DNA from: an uncultured Gammaproteobacteria bacterium
Lineage (GTDB): Bacteria > Patescibacteriota > Patescibacteriia > Magasanikbacterales > UBA922
DNA: 64,000 nucleotides
NCBI GenBank assembly: GCA_964418775.1
Contig: CAYQNA010000001.1
Location: 64,446-128,445 of the forward strand
Direction of reading: 5' to 3'
The translations under genes and the position numbers were made by a program. The notes beneath the pieces were generated by a model. It made no database searches. It saw only the letters and a list, made by a program, of their open reading frames with translations, and was not told the origin of the DNA. This document shows positions 34,932 through 44,637 of this stretch, one piece after another (the first letter of the stretch is position 1; every line of letters starts with the position of its first letter).

Positions 34932-35708
34932 CTACTCCTCCGGAATGCAGCCCTCGATGGGCTCGTTGTACCGGCACTCGTTGCCCGACCCTGCAAAGTG
35001 CAGACAAACATTCTGCAGACAGGGATCATCGGTGACCCCGCAGTCCGTATCCGTCTGGCAAGTGTCGATGCACTTCACCTCGGGCTCGGACGTGCACAGA
35101 TTGTTGCAGAACTGACCGACGCCCATGCTGGGCTGGCAGGTCGAGTCTTCCTCACAGGAGTAGAGCAGCATACCAACACTGCTCCCGTTGCAGACCTTGT
35201 CAGCTTTGCAATCCGCGTGCGTCTTGCATGGCTTGCATCCCTCCACTGTTGCGTGGGCGCAGAAACCCCCATCGCAAGTTTCAGTCGTGCAGCCCTGGCC
35301 GTCGTCGCAGTCCTCGTCGGACTGGCACTGGACCTCGCTGGCCCAGATCTCTGGTGTGTCGGTCGGCTGCGACGCTTCTTCCTCGGCCTTCTGGCTCTGG
35401 AAGTACATGATGAGGTCTTCGAGCATCTCGTCGGAGAGGGTGAACGTGCCCTGTTCCACCGAGAACATGGTGGGTGCTCCGACCTGACCTTCCTCACCCG
35501 TGAGGTCGGTACCGTCAAAACCAACGGCCGGTTCCGGCCAATCGACGCCCGGCTCACCCATGGGACCGTCGACCCCGTGGGTACCGTCGCCGTTGTTGGT
35601 CTCGTCCACGCTGTTCGCGGTGGTACACACCGGGTCCGGGCTCACGCAGTCGCGCGAGCAGGAAGAGACGAGGGCAACGAAGACGGACAGCGTGTTGAAC
35701 TTATTCAT
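34932..35708 (-). CDS. Cysteine-rich secreted lipoprotein (repeated CxxDxDC-type modules), GC-rich and probably foreign
   Basis: Signal peptide with lipobox (LVSSC). About 28 Cys in repeated motifs (CQSDEDCDDGQGC, CKTHADCKADKVC, CQTDTDCGVTDDPC). Composition is strongly GC-rich. Long ORFs on the opposite strand look like GC-driven artefacts. Confidence 0.55.
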   Translation of the reverse strand: MNKFNTLSVFVALVSSCSRDCVSPDPVCTTANSVDETNNGDGTHGVDGPMGEPGVDWPEPAVGFDGTDLTGEEGQVGAPTMFSVEQGTFTLSDEMLEDLIMYFQSQKAEEEASQPTDTPEIWASEVQCQSDEDCDDGQGCTTETCDGGFCAHATVEGCKPCKTHADCKADKVCNGSSVGMLLYSCEEDSTCQPSMGVGQFCNNLCTSEPEVKCIDTCQTDTDCGVTDDPCLQNVCLHFAGSGNECRYNEPIEGCIPEE

Positions 35709-35967
35709 GACTGACTCCGATGCGGCCGTGTAGCGGTCCGCGTTTATGCCCCACAGGGCTAGATTGGAATGGTCCGGACTGGCTGACGAGTGTCATCCTG
35801 CCCAGAGCTTTGGGAGGGTCAAGCACTACCCTGGCAAAGCTGTAGGAAGGAAAAGCCGTAAAATTTTAACCGCGGAGTATACCTTTTTTTCAACCCCTTA
35901 GGACGTCAAAAGACCGGTTAAAACCGGTCTTTCTTGGCTAGATTAAGCCTTTTTGTTGGCTGCCTCC

Positions 35968-36234
35968 TTACTCCTCGCCCAGTCCCAGCTTTTCCTCTAT
36001 TAAGGTAAGGCTGCTGGCCATGGCATCGGCATCGGCCCGGGTGCGGTCGTCCAGTTTGTGGAGCTGTAGGCGGAGGTCGGTCAGGCCGCGGTCGAGGTTG
36101 GTGCCCAAGTGGCCAATTTGCTGGCGGCATTGCTGGGCCGTGACCTCTAGGTTTCCCAGGGTATCCAGGATGTCTCCTAGGAGGCGGGGGAGGTCACTAA
36201 GGTTAACGTCAGGTACATAGGTTGTGGTTGCCAT
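35968..36234 (-). CDS. Small hypothetical protein (coiled-coil-like)
   Basis: ATG at 36234 (MATTTYVPDVNLSDLPRLLGDILD...), 88 aa. Lies in the same GC-rich segment. No motif. Confidence 0.35.
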   Translation of the reverse strand: MATTTYVPDVNLSDLPRLLGDILDTLGNLEVTAQQCRQQIGHLGTNLDRGLTDLRLQLHKLDDRTRADADAMASSLTLIEEKLGLGEE

Positions 36235-36330
36235 AAAGAAAGTAGGCTGCTGTGGCGCTCCCACACGCAGCGTAGATAGTATCAAACAGCTGGGTTTGAC
36301 TGTCAAATTAGCCTAAAATACGTAGGGGAC

Positions 36331-36367
36331 TGTGGATAACCACAGACTTATCCACTATTTATCCACA
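36331..36367. promoter_or_regulatory. Cluster of three DnaA boxes
   Basis: TGTGGATAA (36331-36339, reverse complement of TTATCCACA), TTATCCACT (36348-36356, 8/9) and TTATCCACA (36359-36367). Followed by a roughly 60-nt AT-rich stretch. Confidence 0.6.
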
Positions 36368-36463
36368 TTCTCTTTTAAAAATCCCTTATTTAAGCTAAAA
36401 TAATAAACAACATTGACAAAAACTAGCGATTCGTTCTGTCCTTGACAATCCACGCTGCTTCGA

Positions 36464-36498
36464 GTATGATTATGGAGCTAATTTAGCTCGTGGTTCTG
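36464..36498 (+). promoter_or_regulatory. Sigma-70-like promoter upstream of rpoB
   Basis: TTGACA (36464-36469), 17-nt spacer, TATGAT. Perfect -35 and near-consensus -10, about 120 nt upstream of the rpoB ATG. Confidence 0.55.
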
Positions 36499-36615
36499 GC
36501 TCGGCCAAGAGCCGGGAGATTGGTAATATCATGTCCGCCCTACCAACCCCATAAGCATCCCACTATAATAATCCTTTGCCCAAGGAATTTTTTTGTTTAT
36601 TACGTTGACCAGACT

Positions 36616-39600
36616 ATGCCTCCAGTCTATAAGCGCCAACCTGGTACACAGCCAGAACGCAAGTTTTTTACTCCAATTCGCGACGCCGTGGAAACCCCGG
36701 ATCTGATTGAAGTCCAAAAAATGTCGTACGATTGGTTTGTAAAAGACGGTATCCGCGAATTGTTTGACGAAGTTTCGCCAATCACTGACTTTACGGGTCG
36801 TGATTTGGAGTTGTCGTTCGAAGAATACTACCTCGACGAGGCCAAGTTTGACGAAGCGCACTGCCGCTCCAAGAACATTACCTACGAAGCACCACTCCGC
36901 GTGCAGGTAAAATTGGTTAACAAGCGTACTGGTAAGTCCAATAAACAGGAAATTTATTTGGGCGACGTACCGCTCATGACCAACCGTGGTACATTCATGA
37001 TCAACGGCATTGAGCGCGTGGTCGTGTCCCAGCTTATTCGCAGTCCTGGTGCTTTCTTTACGGCTGACGCAGTTCGCGGTCGCCGTTTTTACGGAGCTAA
37101 AATTATTCCAAACCGCGGTGCTTGGATTGAAGTTGAAACTGACCAGAACAATGTTATCTGGGTAAAAGTTGACCGCAAGCGCAAAGTGGCCGCAACATCA
37201 CTCATGCGTGCCTTTGGCATGTCCAACGACGATGATATTCGTGCCGCGTTCAAAAACGTAAACAACCATCCAAACATTGATTACATTGAAGAAACTTTGA
37301 AAAAGGACGCCTCTTCGAGTGAAGAAGAAGGTTTGATCGAAGTCTACCGCCGCATTCGTCCGGGCGATCTCGCCACCGCAGACAATGCCAAGAGTTTGAT
37401 TCACGCCATGTTCTTTAACTTTGACCGCTACGATTTGGGCAAAGTTGGTGTGTACAAATTCGCCACTAAATTTAATTTGCAATATACCGACGAGCAATTG
37501 GAAAGCAAAGAAACTCGCGTGCTTTCGCTCGAAAAACTGATTCAGGTTTTGTCCGAAGTAATTCGCCTAAACGTGACTCAGGAAATTCCTGATGATATTG
37601 ACCACCTTGGTAACCGCCGCGTGCGCGCCGTAGGTGAACTCGTGCAGAACCGTTTCCGCATTGGTTTGGCTCGCATGGAGCGCATTATCAAGGACCGCAT
37701 GAGTACCATGGACATTGATAGCATTGTGCCAAACAAGCTCATCAACGCCCGCCCAGTAATTAGTGTCATCCGCGAATTCTTTATGAGTTCGCAGTTGTCG
37801 CAATTCATGGACCAGGTTAACCCGCTCGCTGAATTGGAGAACAAGCGCCGCGTGTCGGCTCTTGGACCTGGTGGTTTGTCCCGCGACCGTGCTGGCTTTG
37901 AAGTTCGCGACGTACACAGTACGCACTATGGTCGCATTTGTCCGATTGCCACTCCAGAAGGTCCGAACATTGGTTTGGTTGGCCACTTGTCCATGTTCGC
38001 ACGCATGAACAATTTTGGTTTCCTGGAAACTCCATACCGCCGTGTTATCAAGACCGTTGCCAACACCGCTGAATTTACGACTGGTGAAATTGCCAACGAA
38101 GATGTGGCCGGTGTGGTAAAAACAGGTGAGCACATTACCGCGGACATTGCCAAAAAATTGGCTGCCAAAAAAGATATTACCCAAATTGCAGTTAAGCCAC
38201 GTGTAGGCAGTGAAATTGTGTACCTGAACTCGTTTGAAGAAGAACGCGCGGTGACAACCAACGCCAAAGTGGCAACCGATGAAAAGGGCTATTTTGTACC
38301 AGGCAAGATTCCGGCTCGCGTGCACGGTCAACCAGCGATTGCCGATGTGCAAACCGTTGATTATGTTGATGTAAGTTCGCACCAGATTTTGTCTGTGGCC
38401 ACAAGTTTGATTCCATTCCTCGAACACGACGACGCTACCCGCGCCCTCATGGGTACGAACATGCAGCGCCAAAGTGTGCCATGTATTAAAGCCGACCCAC
38501 CACTCGTTGGTACGGGCGTAGAACGCGCCGCCGCCATGTCGAGTGGATATGTGTACACAGCTGACGACGACGGTGAAATCACCGCTGTTGATGGCAACCA
38601 CATTGAATTGACCAGCAAAAAAGGCAAGGTGTACACGTACCGTTTGCAGAAGTTCATTCGTTCGAATGCTTCCAGTTGTATCAACCAAACACCAACCGTG
38701 AAATTGGGCCAGAAAGTTAAGAAAGGCGACCCAATGTCCGACGGTCCATCGATCAAGAACGCAGAATTAGCGCTTGGTCAGAACGTCCTCGTGGCCTATA
38801 TGGTGTGGGATGGTTTCAACTACGAAGACGCCATTATTTTGTCTGAACGTTTGGTGCAAAAAGACCGCTACACTTCGATCCAGATTGAACATTACACCAC
38901 TGATGTTCGCGAAACTAAGCTTGGGCCAGAAGTGGTTACGAGCGACATTCCAAATGTAAGTGAAGAAAAACTCAAGAATTTGGATTCCGAAGGTATTGTG
39001 CGCATTGGTGCCGAAGTACACTCGGGCGACATTTTGGTAGGTAAGATTACACCAAAAGGTGAAACCGAATTGACTCCAGAAGAGCGCTTACTCCGCGCCA
39101 TCTTTGGTGAAAAAGCTCGCGACGTGCGTGATTCTTCGTTGTACTTGGAACACGGTGAACAGGGTAAGGTAATTGATGTGAAGATTTTCTCGGCCGATGC
39201 CGGCGACAAGTTGCAACCTGGTGTTATCAAACAAGTGCAGGTAACTGTAGCCGACATGCGCAAAGTGCAGGTTGGTGACAAGATGGCCGGTCGCCACGGT
39301 AACAAGGGCGTTATTTCCCGCGTGGTCCCAGTGGCTGACATGCCATTCCTCGAAGACGGTACACCAGTCGACATTATTTTGTCGCCACTCGGTGTTATTT
39401 CTCGTATGAACTTGGGTCAGTTGCTCGAAAACCACTTGGGCTTGGCTGCCAATGCTTTGGGTTACCGCGCCGCCACTCCGGTTTTGAACGGTATTACCGA
39501 AGAACAGATTACTGAAGAGCTCAAAAAAGCCGGCTTGCCAATAGATGGTCAGTCCCAGTTGTACGACGGTCGTACCGGTGAACCATACGACAACAAGACT

Positions 39601-40032
39601 ACGGTGGGTTACAACTATATGCTCAAACTTAACCACATGGTTGAGGACAAGATCCACCAACGCTCGATTGGTCCTTACAGTTTGATTACGCAGCAGCCAC
39701 TTGGTGGTAAGGCGCAATTTGGTGGTCAGCGCTTTGGTGAAATGGAAGTGTGGGCCTTGGAAGCATACGGCGCCGCACACACCCTCCAGGAAATGCTCAC
39801 AATTAAGTCGGACGATGTGCCTGGTCGCGCCAAAGCTTACGAAGCGATTATTAAGGGCGAACCAATTACCAAGATTAACCTACCTGAATCATTCAACGTG
39901 CTCGTGCGCGAACTTAAAGGTCTGGCGCTCGATGTTGAATTGCAGGATAACCGCAGCGAGGCCGAGATTGCCGCGTCAATGCCACCAGCAGAGACATCGG
40001 CTCCTGATGCGTCCGCTGACGCAGCTGAATAA
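36616..40032 (+). CDS. rpoB: DNA-directed RNA polymerase subunit beta
   Basis: Canonical RpoB sequence throughout (e.g. GDKMAGRHGNKGVIS, NMQRQ, rifampicin cluster region). Start chosen at ATG 36616 (MPPVYKRQPG...). The track ORF from 36490 is an upstream over-extension. Confidence 0.97.
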   Translation: MPPVYKRQPGTQPERKFFTPIRDAVETPDLIEVQKMSYDWFVKDGIRELFDEVSPITDFTGRDLELSFEEYYLDEAKFDEAHCRSKNITYEAPLRVQVKLVNKRTGKSNKQEIYLGDVPLMTNRGTFMINGIERVVVSQLIRSPGAFFTADAVRGRRFYGAKIIPNRGAWIEVETDQNNVIWVKVDRKRKVAATSLMRAFGMSNDDDIRAAFKNVNNHPNIDYIEETLKKDASSSEEEGLIEVYRRIRPGDLATADNAKSLIHAMFFNFDRYDLGKVGVYKFATKFNLQYTDEQLESKETRVLSLEKLIQVLSEVIRLNVTQEIPDDIDHLGNRRVRAVGELVQNRFRIGLARMERIIKDRMSTMDIDSIVPNKLINARPVISVIREFFMSSQLSQFMDQVNPLAELENKRRVSALGPGGLSRDRAGFEVRDVHSTHYGRICPIATPEGPNIGLVGHLSMFARMNNFGFLETPYRRVIKTVANTAEFTTGEIANEDVAGVVKTGEHITADIAKKLAAKKDITQIAVKPRVGSEIVYLNSFEEERAVTTNAKVATDEKGYFVPGKIPARVHGQPAIADVQTVDYVDVSSHQILSVATSLIPFLEHDDATRALMGTNMQRQSVPCIKADPPLVGTGVERAAAMSSGYVYTADDDGEITAVDGNHIELTSKKGKVYTYRLQKFIRSNASSCINQTPTVKLGQKVKKGDPMSDGPSIKNAELALGQNVLVAYMVWDGFNYEDAIILSERLVQKDRYTSIQIEHYTTDVRETKLGPEVVTSDIPNVSEEKLKNLDSEGIVRIGAEVHSGDILVGKITPKGETELTPEERLLRAIFGEKARDVRDSSLYLEHGEQGKVIDVKIFSADAGDKLQPGVIKQVQVTVADMRKVQVGDKMAGRHGNKGVISRVVPVADMPFLEDGTPVDIILSPLGVISRMNLGQLLENHLGLAANALGYRAATPVLNGITEEQITEELKKAGLPIDGQSQLYDGRTGEPYDNKTTVGYNYMLKLNHMVEDKIHQRSIGPYSLITQQPLGGKAQFGGQRFGEMEVWALEAYGAAHTLQEMLTIKSDDVPGRAKAYEAIIKGEPITKINLPESFNVLVRELKGLALDVELQDNRSEAEIAASMPPAETSAPDASADAAE

Positions 40033-40055
40033 TTGGTGATTAACTTCATACCTTT

Positions 40056-43000
40056 ATGAATAACCCCAACCTCTCCAGCGCTTTGCAGTTCGACGCGCTC
40101 CGCCTCAAAGTCGCCTCGCCAGAAGTGATCAAGCAGTGGTCATATGGTGAAGTGTACAAGCCAGAAACCATTAACTACCGTACCCAGAAGCCAGAAAAAG
40201 GTGGTTTGTTTGCCGAAGAAGTATTTGGTCCAACCAAAGACTGGGAATGTTATTGTGGTAAGTACAAAAAGATCCGCTACAAGGGTATTGTCTGTGACAA
40301 GTGTGGTGTAGAAGTTACCCACTCACTGGTGCGCCGCGAACGCATGGGCCACATTGAATTGTCCACACCGGTGTCGCACATTTGGTTCTTGCGCACAATC
40401 CCATCTCGTTTGGGTTTGGTGCTCGACTTGTCGATTCAGGCACTTGAAAAGGTTATTTACTTTGCCTCGTTCATCATTACGCATGTCGATGATGTTGAAA
40501 AAGATGCGACAGCCGAAGCTTTGAAAAAAGAATACAAGAACAAGCGTAAACAGCTTGAAGCTTTGCCAGCTGACCCAGGTCGCGATGCAAAGATTGAGGC
40601 ACTTGATGAAGATTACAACCAGGCCGAAGGCGAACTCAAAGAAATCGCCATGCTCAACATTGTGTCCGAAGCGCGCTACCAAGAATTGTCTGTGCGCTAT
40701 GGTCACTTATTCGAAGCGGGGATTGGTGCCGGTTCAGTGCGCCAACTTTTGGAACGCTTGAATTTAGAAGAAACAATTAAAAATTTGGAAGCCGAAATTG
40801 AAAAGAGTAAGGGTGCAAAGCGTGGTCGCCTCGTGCGCCGCGTTAAACTGCTCACTAGTTTGAGCAAAAACAACATCCGCCCAGAATGGATGATCATGAC
40901 CGCAATTCCAGTGGTTCCACCAGATTTGCGTCCAATGGTTGCACTTGATGGTGGTCGTTTTGCCACTTCGGATTTGAACGATTTGTACCGCCGCGTGATT
41001 AACCGCAACAATCGTTTGCGTCGCCTCATTGAACTCAATGCGCCAGAAGTTATTTGCCGCAATGAAAAACGCATGCTCCAAGAAGCAGTTGATGCGCTCA
41101 TTGATAACAATGCTCGCGCTACCAAAACTGTGCGTGCTTCGACTGGTCAAAAGCGCCAACTCCGCTCACTTGCCGACATTCTCAAGGGTAAACAGGGCCG
41201 CTTCCGCCAGAACTTACTTGGTAAGCGCGTTGACTACTCTGGTCGTTCGGTGATCGTGGTTGGTCCAAAGCTCAGTATCGACCAATGTGGTTTGCCAAAG
41301 ATCATGGCCCTCGAGCTGTTCAAGCCATTTGTGATGGCCGAAATTATTAAGCGTGGCCTCGCTCACAATGTGCGCAGTGCCTCCCGCTTTATCGAGAGCA
41401 ATGCCCCAGAAGTGTGGGATATTTTGGAAAATCTTACCAAAACCACTCGTGTACTCTTGAATCGCGCTCCAACCTTGCACCGTCTTGGTATCCAGGCTTT
41501 CCGCCCAACACTAGTCGAAGGTAAAGCGGTTCGCTTGCACCCACTCGTGTGTGCGGCGTTTAACGCTGACTTTGACGGTGACCAAATGGCTGTCCACCTT
41601 CCATTGTCCGAACAAGCCAAGTGGGAAGCCGAAAACCTCATGGCCTCGGAAAAGAACTTGCTTAAGCCAGCTACTGGTACGCCAGTAATTACGCCGCAGC
41701 AAGACATTGCGCTTGGTTGCTATTATTTGACTAAGTACGATGATACAGATAAGGCTGAGGTGAAAAAATACTTTGCCAATGTAACTGAAGCAAAGTTTGC
41801 GTACAAAACACGCCACATCAAGCTCAAGGAACGCATCAAGGTCCGTTTGGGTGCGGCTGACATGGCCAAGTTCCCAGCTGGCACAAACCCAATTGTTGAG
41901 ACCTGTATTGGTCGTATTTTCTTCAATGAAATTTTCCCAGACCTCATTCCGTTCTACAACGAAACCATTACCAAGAAGCACTTGTCGGCCATTATTCAGT
42001 CGCTCCTTGAACATTATGGTCAGGAACGCACGGCCAAGTCGCTCGATGATATCAAGAACTTGGGTTACCGCTATGTGACCAAGTCTGGTTACTCACTTGG
42101 TAAAAACCAATTCCCAGAAATTCCACAAAAGGCCGAACTCTTGGCCGAAGGTGACAAGCGCATTGAAGAAGTGGAAGAACAGTATGCCGAAGGTTTGCTC
42201 ACTGACGCCGAACGTCACGCCAAAGTGCTCGAAATTTGGACCGAAATTAAAGACCGCTTGTTAACGTTTACCAAAGATGTACTTAACAAGAACGACGCCG
42301 TATTTGCGATGATTGACTCTGGTGCTCGTGGTTCGTGGGCCCAGCTTGGTCAGGTGATTGCGATGAAAGGTCTCGTGGCTTCGCCAAGTGGTGAAATTAT
42401 CGAACTCCCTGTTAAAGGCAACTTTAAGGAAGGGTTCGAAGTGCTCGAGTTCTTTATTTCGTCCCACGGTACTCGTAAAGGTTTGTCCGATACTGCGCTC
42501 CGTACTGCTAACGCTGGTTACTTGACCCGTCGTTTGGTAGACGTGGCTCAGGACGTGATTGTGAAGATTGAAGATTGTGGTGACACGGACGGTGAGCACT
42601 TCAACAAAGCCGAATCCGAACAAATGGGTGAAAAATTATCCGAACGCGTCGCTGGTCGCTTTGTGCTCGCCCCAATTGTGGTTGATGGTAAAACAATTGT
42701 TGAAAAAGGTGATGCAGTAACTGCCGAAGCTGCTCGTCAGATTGAAAAACTCGGCGTGACCGAAGCTCATGTGCGTTCTGTGCTCCAATGTAAGATGGCC
42801 AAGGGTGTATGTATCAAGTGCTACGGCTACGACCTCGCCAACAATATGCCGGTTAAACCAGGTGTGGCTGCCGGTGTAATTGCTGCGCAGTCCATTGGTG
42901 AGCCTGGTACGCAGCTGACCATGCGTACGTTCCACCTTGGTGGTGTGGCTGGTGGCGATATTACCCAAGGTTTGCCTCGTGTTGAAGAATTGTTCGAAGC

Positions 43001-43880
43001 TCGCTTGCCAAAACGCAAAGCCATTTTGGCCGAAACCGCTGGTAAGATCGAGATCGAAGACGCAGACGGCAAAGTAATCACGAGCCCAACAGGCCGCAAG
43101 ATTTTCGAAGGCCGCCGTGGTCAAAAGATTATCAAGATCCACAGTGAAGGCGAGTCCGAAATGACATTCGAAATCAATGCCGAAGACGAAGTGAAAGTTG
43201 CGGATGGCGACAAGATCAAGAAAGACGATGTGCTCTTGGTCCGCGGTTCGTCGGGCGAAGAAATTTTGGCCAAGTACAATGGTTCGGCCGAAATCAAGCG
43301 CGGCAAACTCATCCTTACCTACGAAGGTGACTCAACTAAGGAATACATTATTCCAATGGGTTACAAATTGTGGGTCAAGACTGGTGACGAAGTACAAAAA
43401 GGTGCTCAACTTACCGAAGGTAGTATTGACCTGAACGAGTTGCACGAACTCCAGGGCCGCGACGCTGTGCAGCGTTACGTGCTCACCGAAATTCAGGAAA
43501 TTTACGCCGCTCAGGGTCAACGCTTGAACGACAAGCACGTAGAAATCATGATCAAGCAGATGTTCAGCCGCGTGTATATCGAAGAAGCCGGTGACACTGA
43601 CCTCTTGCCAGGTGAAGTGGCCGAAAAGTCACAGCTCATCATTGCTAACCGCGAGGCCGAAGCTGCTGGCAAACGTCCAGCCAAGGGTCGCGAACTCTTG
43701 CTTGGTATTAGTAAGGTTGCGCTCTCGACCCAAAGCTTCTTGTCGGCTGCATCGTTCCAAGAAACTTCGCGCGTGCTCGTCAACGCGGCCATTACTGGTA
43801 AAGTTGACCACCTCGAAGGCCTCAAGGAAAACGTTATTATCGGCCGCCTCATTCCAGCCGGTACCGGATTCCGCGAGTAA
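40056..43880 (+). CDS. rpoC: DNA-directed RNA polymerase subunit beta'
   Basis: Zinc finger CYCGKYKK ... CDKCG and catalytic NADFDGDQM. Full-length beta' at 1274 aa. Confidence 0.98.
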   Translation: MNNPNLSSALQFDALRLKVASPEVIKQWSYGEVYKPETINYRTQKPEKGGLFAEEVFGPTKDWECYCGKYKKIRYKGIVCDKCGVEVTHSLVRRERMGHIELSTPVSHIWFLRTIPSRLGLVLDLSIQALEKVIYFASFIITHVDDVEKDATAEALKKEYKNKRKQLEALPADPGRDAKIEALDEDYNQAEGELKEIAMLNIVSEARYQELSVRYGHLFEAGIGAGSVRQLLERLNLEETIKNLEAEIEKSKGAKRGRLVRRVKLLTSLSKNNIRPEWMIMTAIPVVPPDLRPMVALDGGRFATSDLNDLYRRVINRNNRLRRLIELNAPEVICRNEKRMLQEAVDALIDNNARATKTVRASTGQKRQLRSLADILKGKQGRFRQNLLGKRVDYSGRSVIVVGPKLSIDQCGLPKIMALELFKPFVMAEIIKRGLAHNVRSASRFIESNAPEVWDILENLTKTTRVLLNRAPTLHRLGIQAFRPTLVEGKAVRLHPLVCAAFNADFDGDQMAVHLPLSEQAKWEAENLMASEKNLLKPATGTPVITPQQDIALGCYYLTKYDDTDKAEVKKYFANVTEAKFAYKTRHIKLKERIKVRLGAADMAKFPAGTNPIVETCIGRIFFNEIFPDLIPFYNETITKKHLSAIIQSLLEHYGQERTAKSLDDIKNLGYRYVTKSGYSLGKNQFPEIPQKAELLAEGDKRIEEVEEQYAEGLLTDAERHAKVLEIWTEIKDRLLTFTKDVLNKNDAVFAMIDSGARGSWAQLGQVIAMKGLVASPSGEIIELPVKGNFKEGFEVLEFFISSHGTRKGLSDTALRTANAGYLTRRLVDVAQDVIVKIEDCGDTDGEHFNKAESEQMGEKLSERVAGRFVLAPIVVDGKTIVEKGDAVTAEAARQIEKLGVTEAHVRSVLQCKMAKGVCIKCYGYDLANNMPVKPGVAAGVIAAQSIGEPGTQLTMRTFHLGGVAGGDITQGLPRVEELFEARLPKRKAILAETAGKIEIEDADGKVITSPTGRKIFEGRRGQKIIKIHSEGESEMTFEINAEDEVKVADGDKIKKDDVLLVRGSSGEEILAKYNGSAEIKRGKLILTYEGDSTKEYIIPMGYKLWVKTGDEVQKGAQLTEGSIDLNELHELQGRDAVQRYVLTEIQEIYAAQGQRLNDKHVEIMIKQMFSRVYIEEAGDTDLLPGEVAEKSQLIIANREAEAAGKRPAKGRELLLGISKVALSTQSFLSAASFQETSRVLVNAAITGKVDHLEGLKENVIIGRLIPAGTGFRE

Positions 43881-43895
43881 GATTGCAAATAGTGA

Positions 43896-43935
43896 AATCA
43901 GGATACTGGCCCCGCTGGTATCCTGATTTTATTTC
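43896..43935 (+). terminator. Rho-independent terminator after rpoC
   Basis: AATCAGGATACTGG-CCCCGC-TGGTATCCTGATT followed by TTATTT. Confidence 0.7.
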
Positions 43936-43936
43936 T

Positions 43937-44611
43937 ATGCCATTTTTATTAATCAACAAAGCTGCGGGTTGGACCTCGCTCGATGTGGTTGCGAAATTGC
44001 GCGGCCTGATTCATGTTGAGCGGATTGGTCATGCGGGCACGCTCGACCCATTTGCCACGGGCTTGTTGATTGTGGCCGTGACACGCGATGCCACTAAGCG
44101 ACTCGATGAATTTAAAAATTTAGAAAAAGAGTACGAAGTTGAACTAAAGTTTGGTGCGACCAGTAGCACGTATGATTGTGATGGGGAAATCATCAAAAGC
44201 CCGAATTCACGGCCAATTACGCGCGAAGAACTGGAGCGTGTGCTTGAACACTATCGTGGTTCAATTCAACAAATTCCACCCATGCACTCGGCCAAAAAAA
44301 TTAATGGCCAGCGGCTGTATGAATTGGCATATCAGGGGATTACTGTTGAACGCAAATCACAAACCGTCAACATTTTTAGTTTGGAAATTTTAGATTTCAC
44401 ACCCGAATCCGCGCGCCTCCGTGTTGTCTGCAGCCCCGGCACTTACATCCGTTCACTCGTGCATGACATTGGCCAAGACCTTGGTGTCGGTGCGTACGCT
44501 ACAGCCCTCCACCGCGCCCGCATCGGTTCATACCACTCCAACCAAGCGCACACACTCGACGAAATTGCTGGACACCGTGAGGAGTGGGAGACGCTGGCAG
44601 TTGAGATGTAG
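43937..44611 (+). CDS. truB: tRNA pseudouridine(55) synthase
   Basis: GHAGTLDPFATGLL (catalytic Asp motif). Start at MPFLLINKAAG (ATG 43937), immediately after the terminator. Confidence 0.85.
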   Translation: MPFLLINKAAGWTSLDVVAKLRGLIHVERIGHAGTLDPFATGLLIVAVTRDATKRLDEFKNLEKEYEVELKFGATSSTYDCDGEIIKSPNSRPITREELERVLEHYRGSIQQIPPMHSAKKINGQRLYELAYQGITVERKSQTVNIFSLEILDFTPESARLRVVCSPGTYIRSLVHDIGQDLGVGAYATALHRARIGSYHSNQAHTLDEIAGHREEWETLAVEM

Positions 44612-44637
44612 AAAATTGACGAGTATAATTTAGATAT

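Noticed and set aside
34998-35714. 238-aa plus-strand ORF (and a 160-aa minus-strand ORF at 35075-35557) overlapping the Cys-rich lipoprotein gene
   Set aside because: These are Ala/Arg/Leu-rich artefact-like frames in a high-GC segment. The chosen frame has a signal peptide/lipobox and repeated Cys modules, so it is more credible.
36490-36615. Upstream extension of rpoB (track start 36490)
   Set aside because: The extension overlaps the predicted promoter -10 region and encodes a Cys/Pro-rich non-conserved peptide. The canonical RpoB N-terminus begins at ATG 36616.
37089-43888. Numerous 60-370-aa ORFs on the minus strand and in alternate frames inside rpoB and rpoC
   Set aside because: They are entirely embedded in two unambiguous, highly conserved genes and have no motifs. 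Long antisense ORFs are expected in these genes.
43883-43936. Longer truB start (track start 43883)
   Set aside because: The extra 18 codons are the read-through of the rpoC terminator hairpin. The conserved TruB N-terminus starts at ATG 43937.
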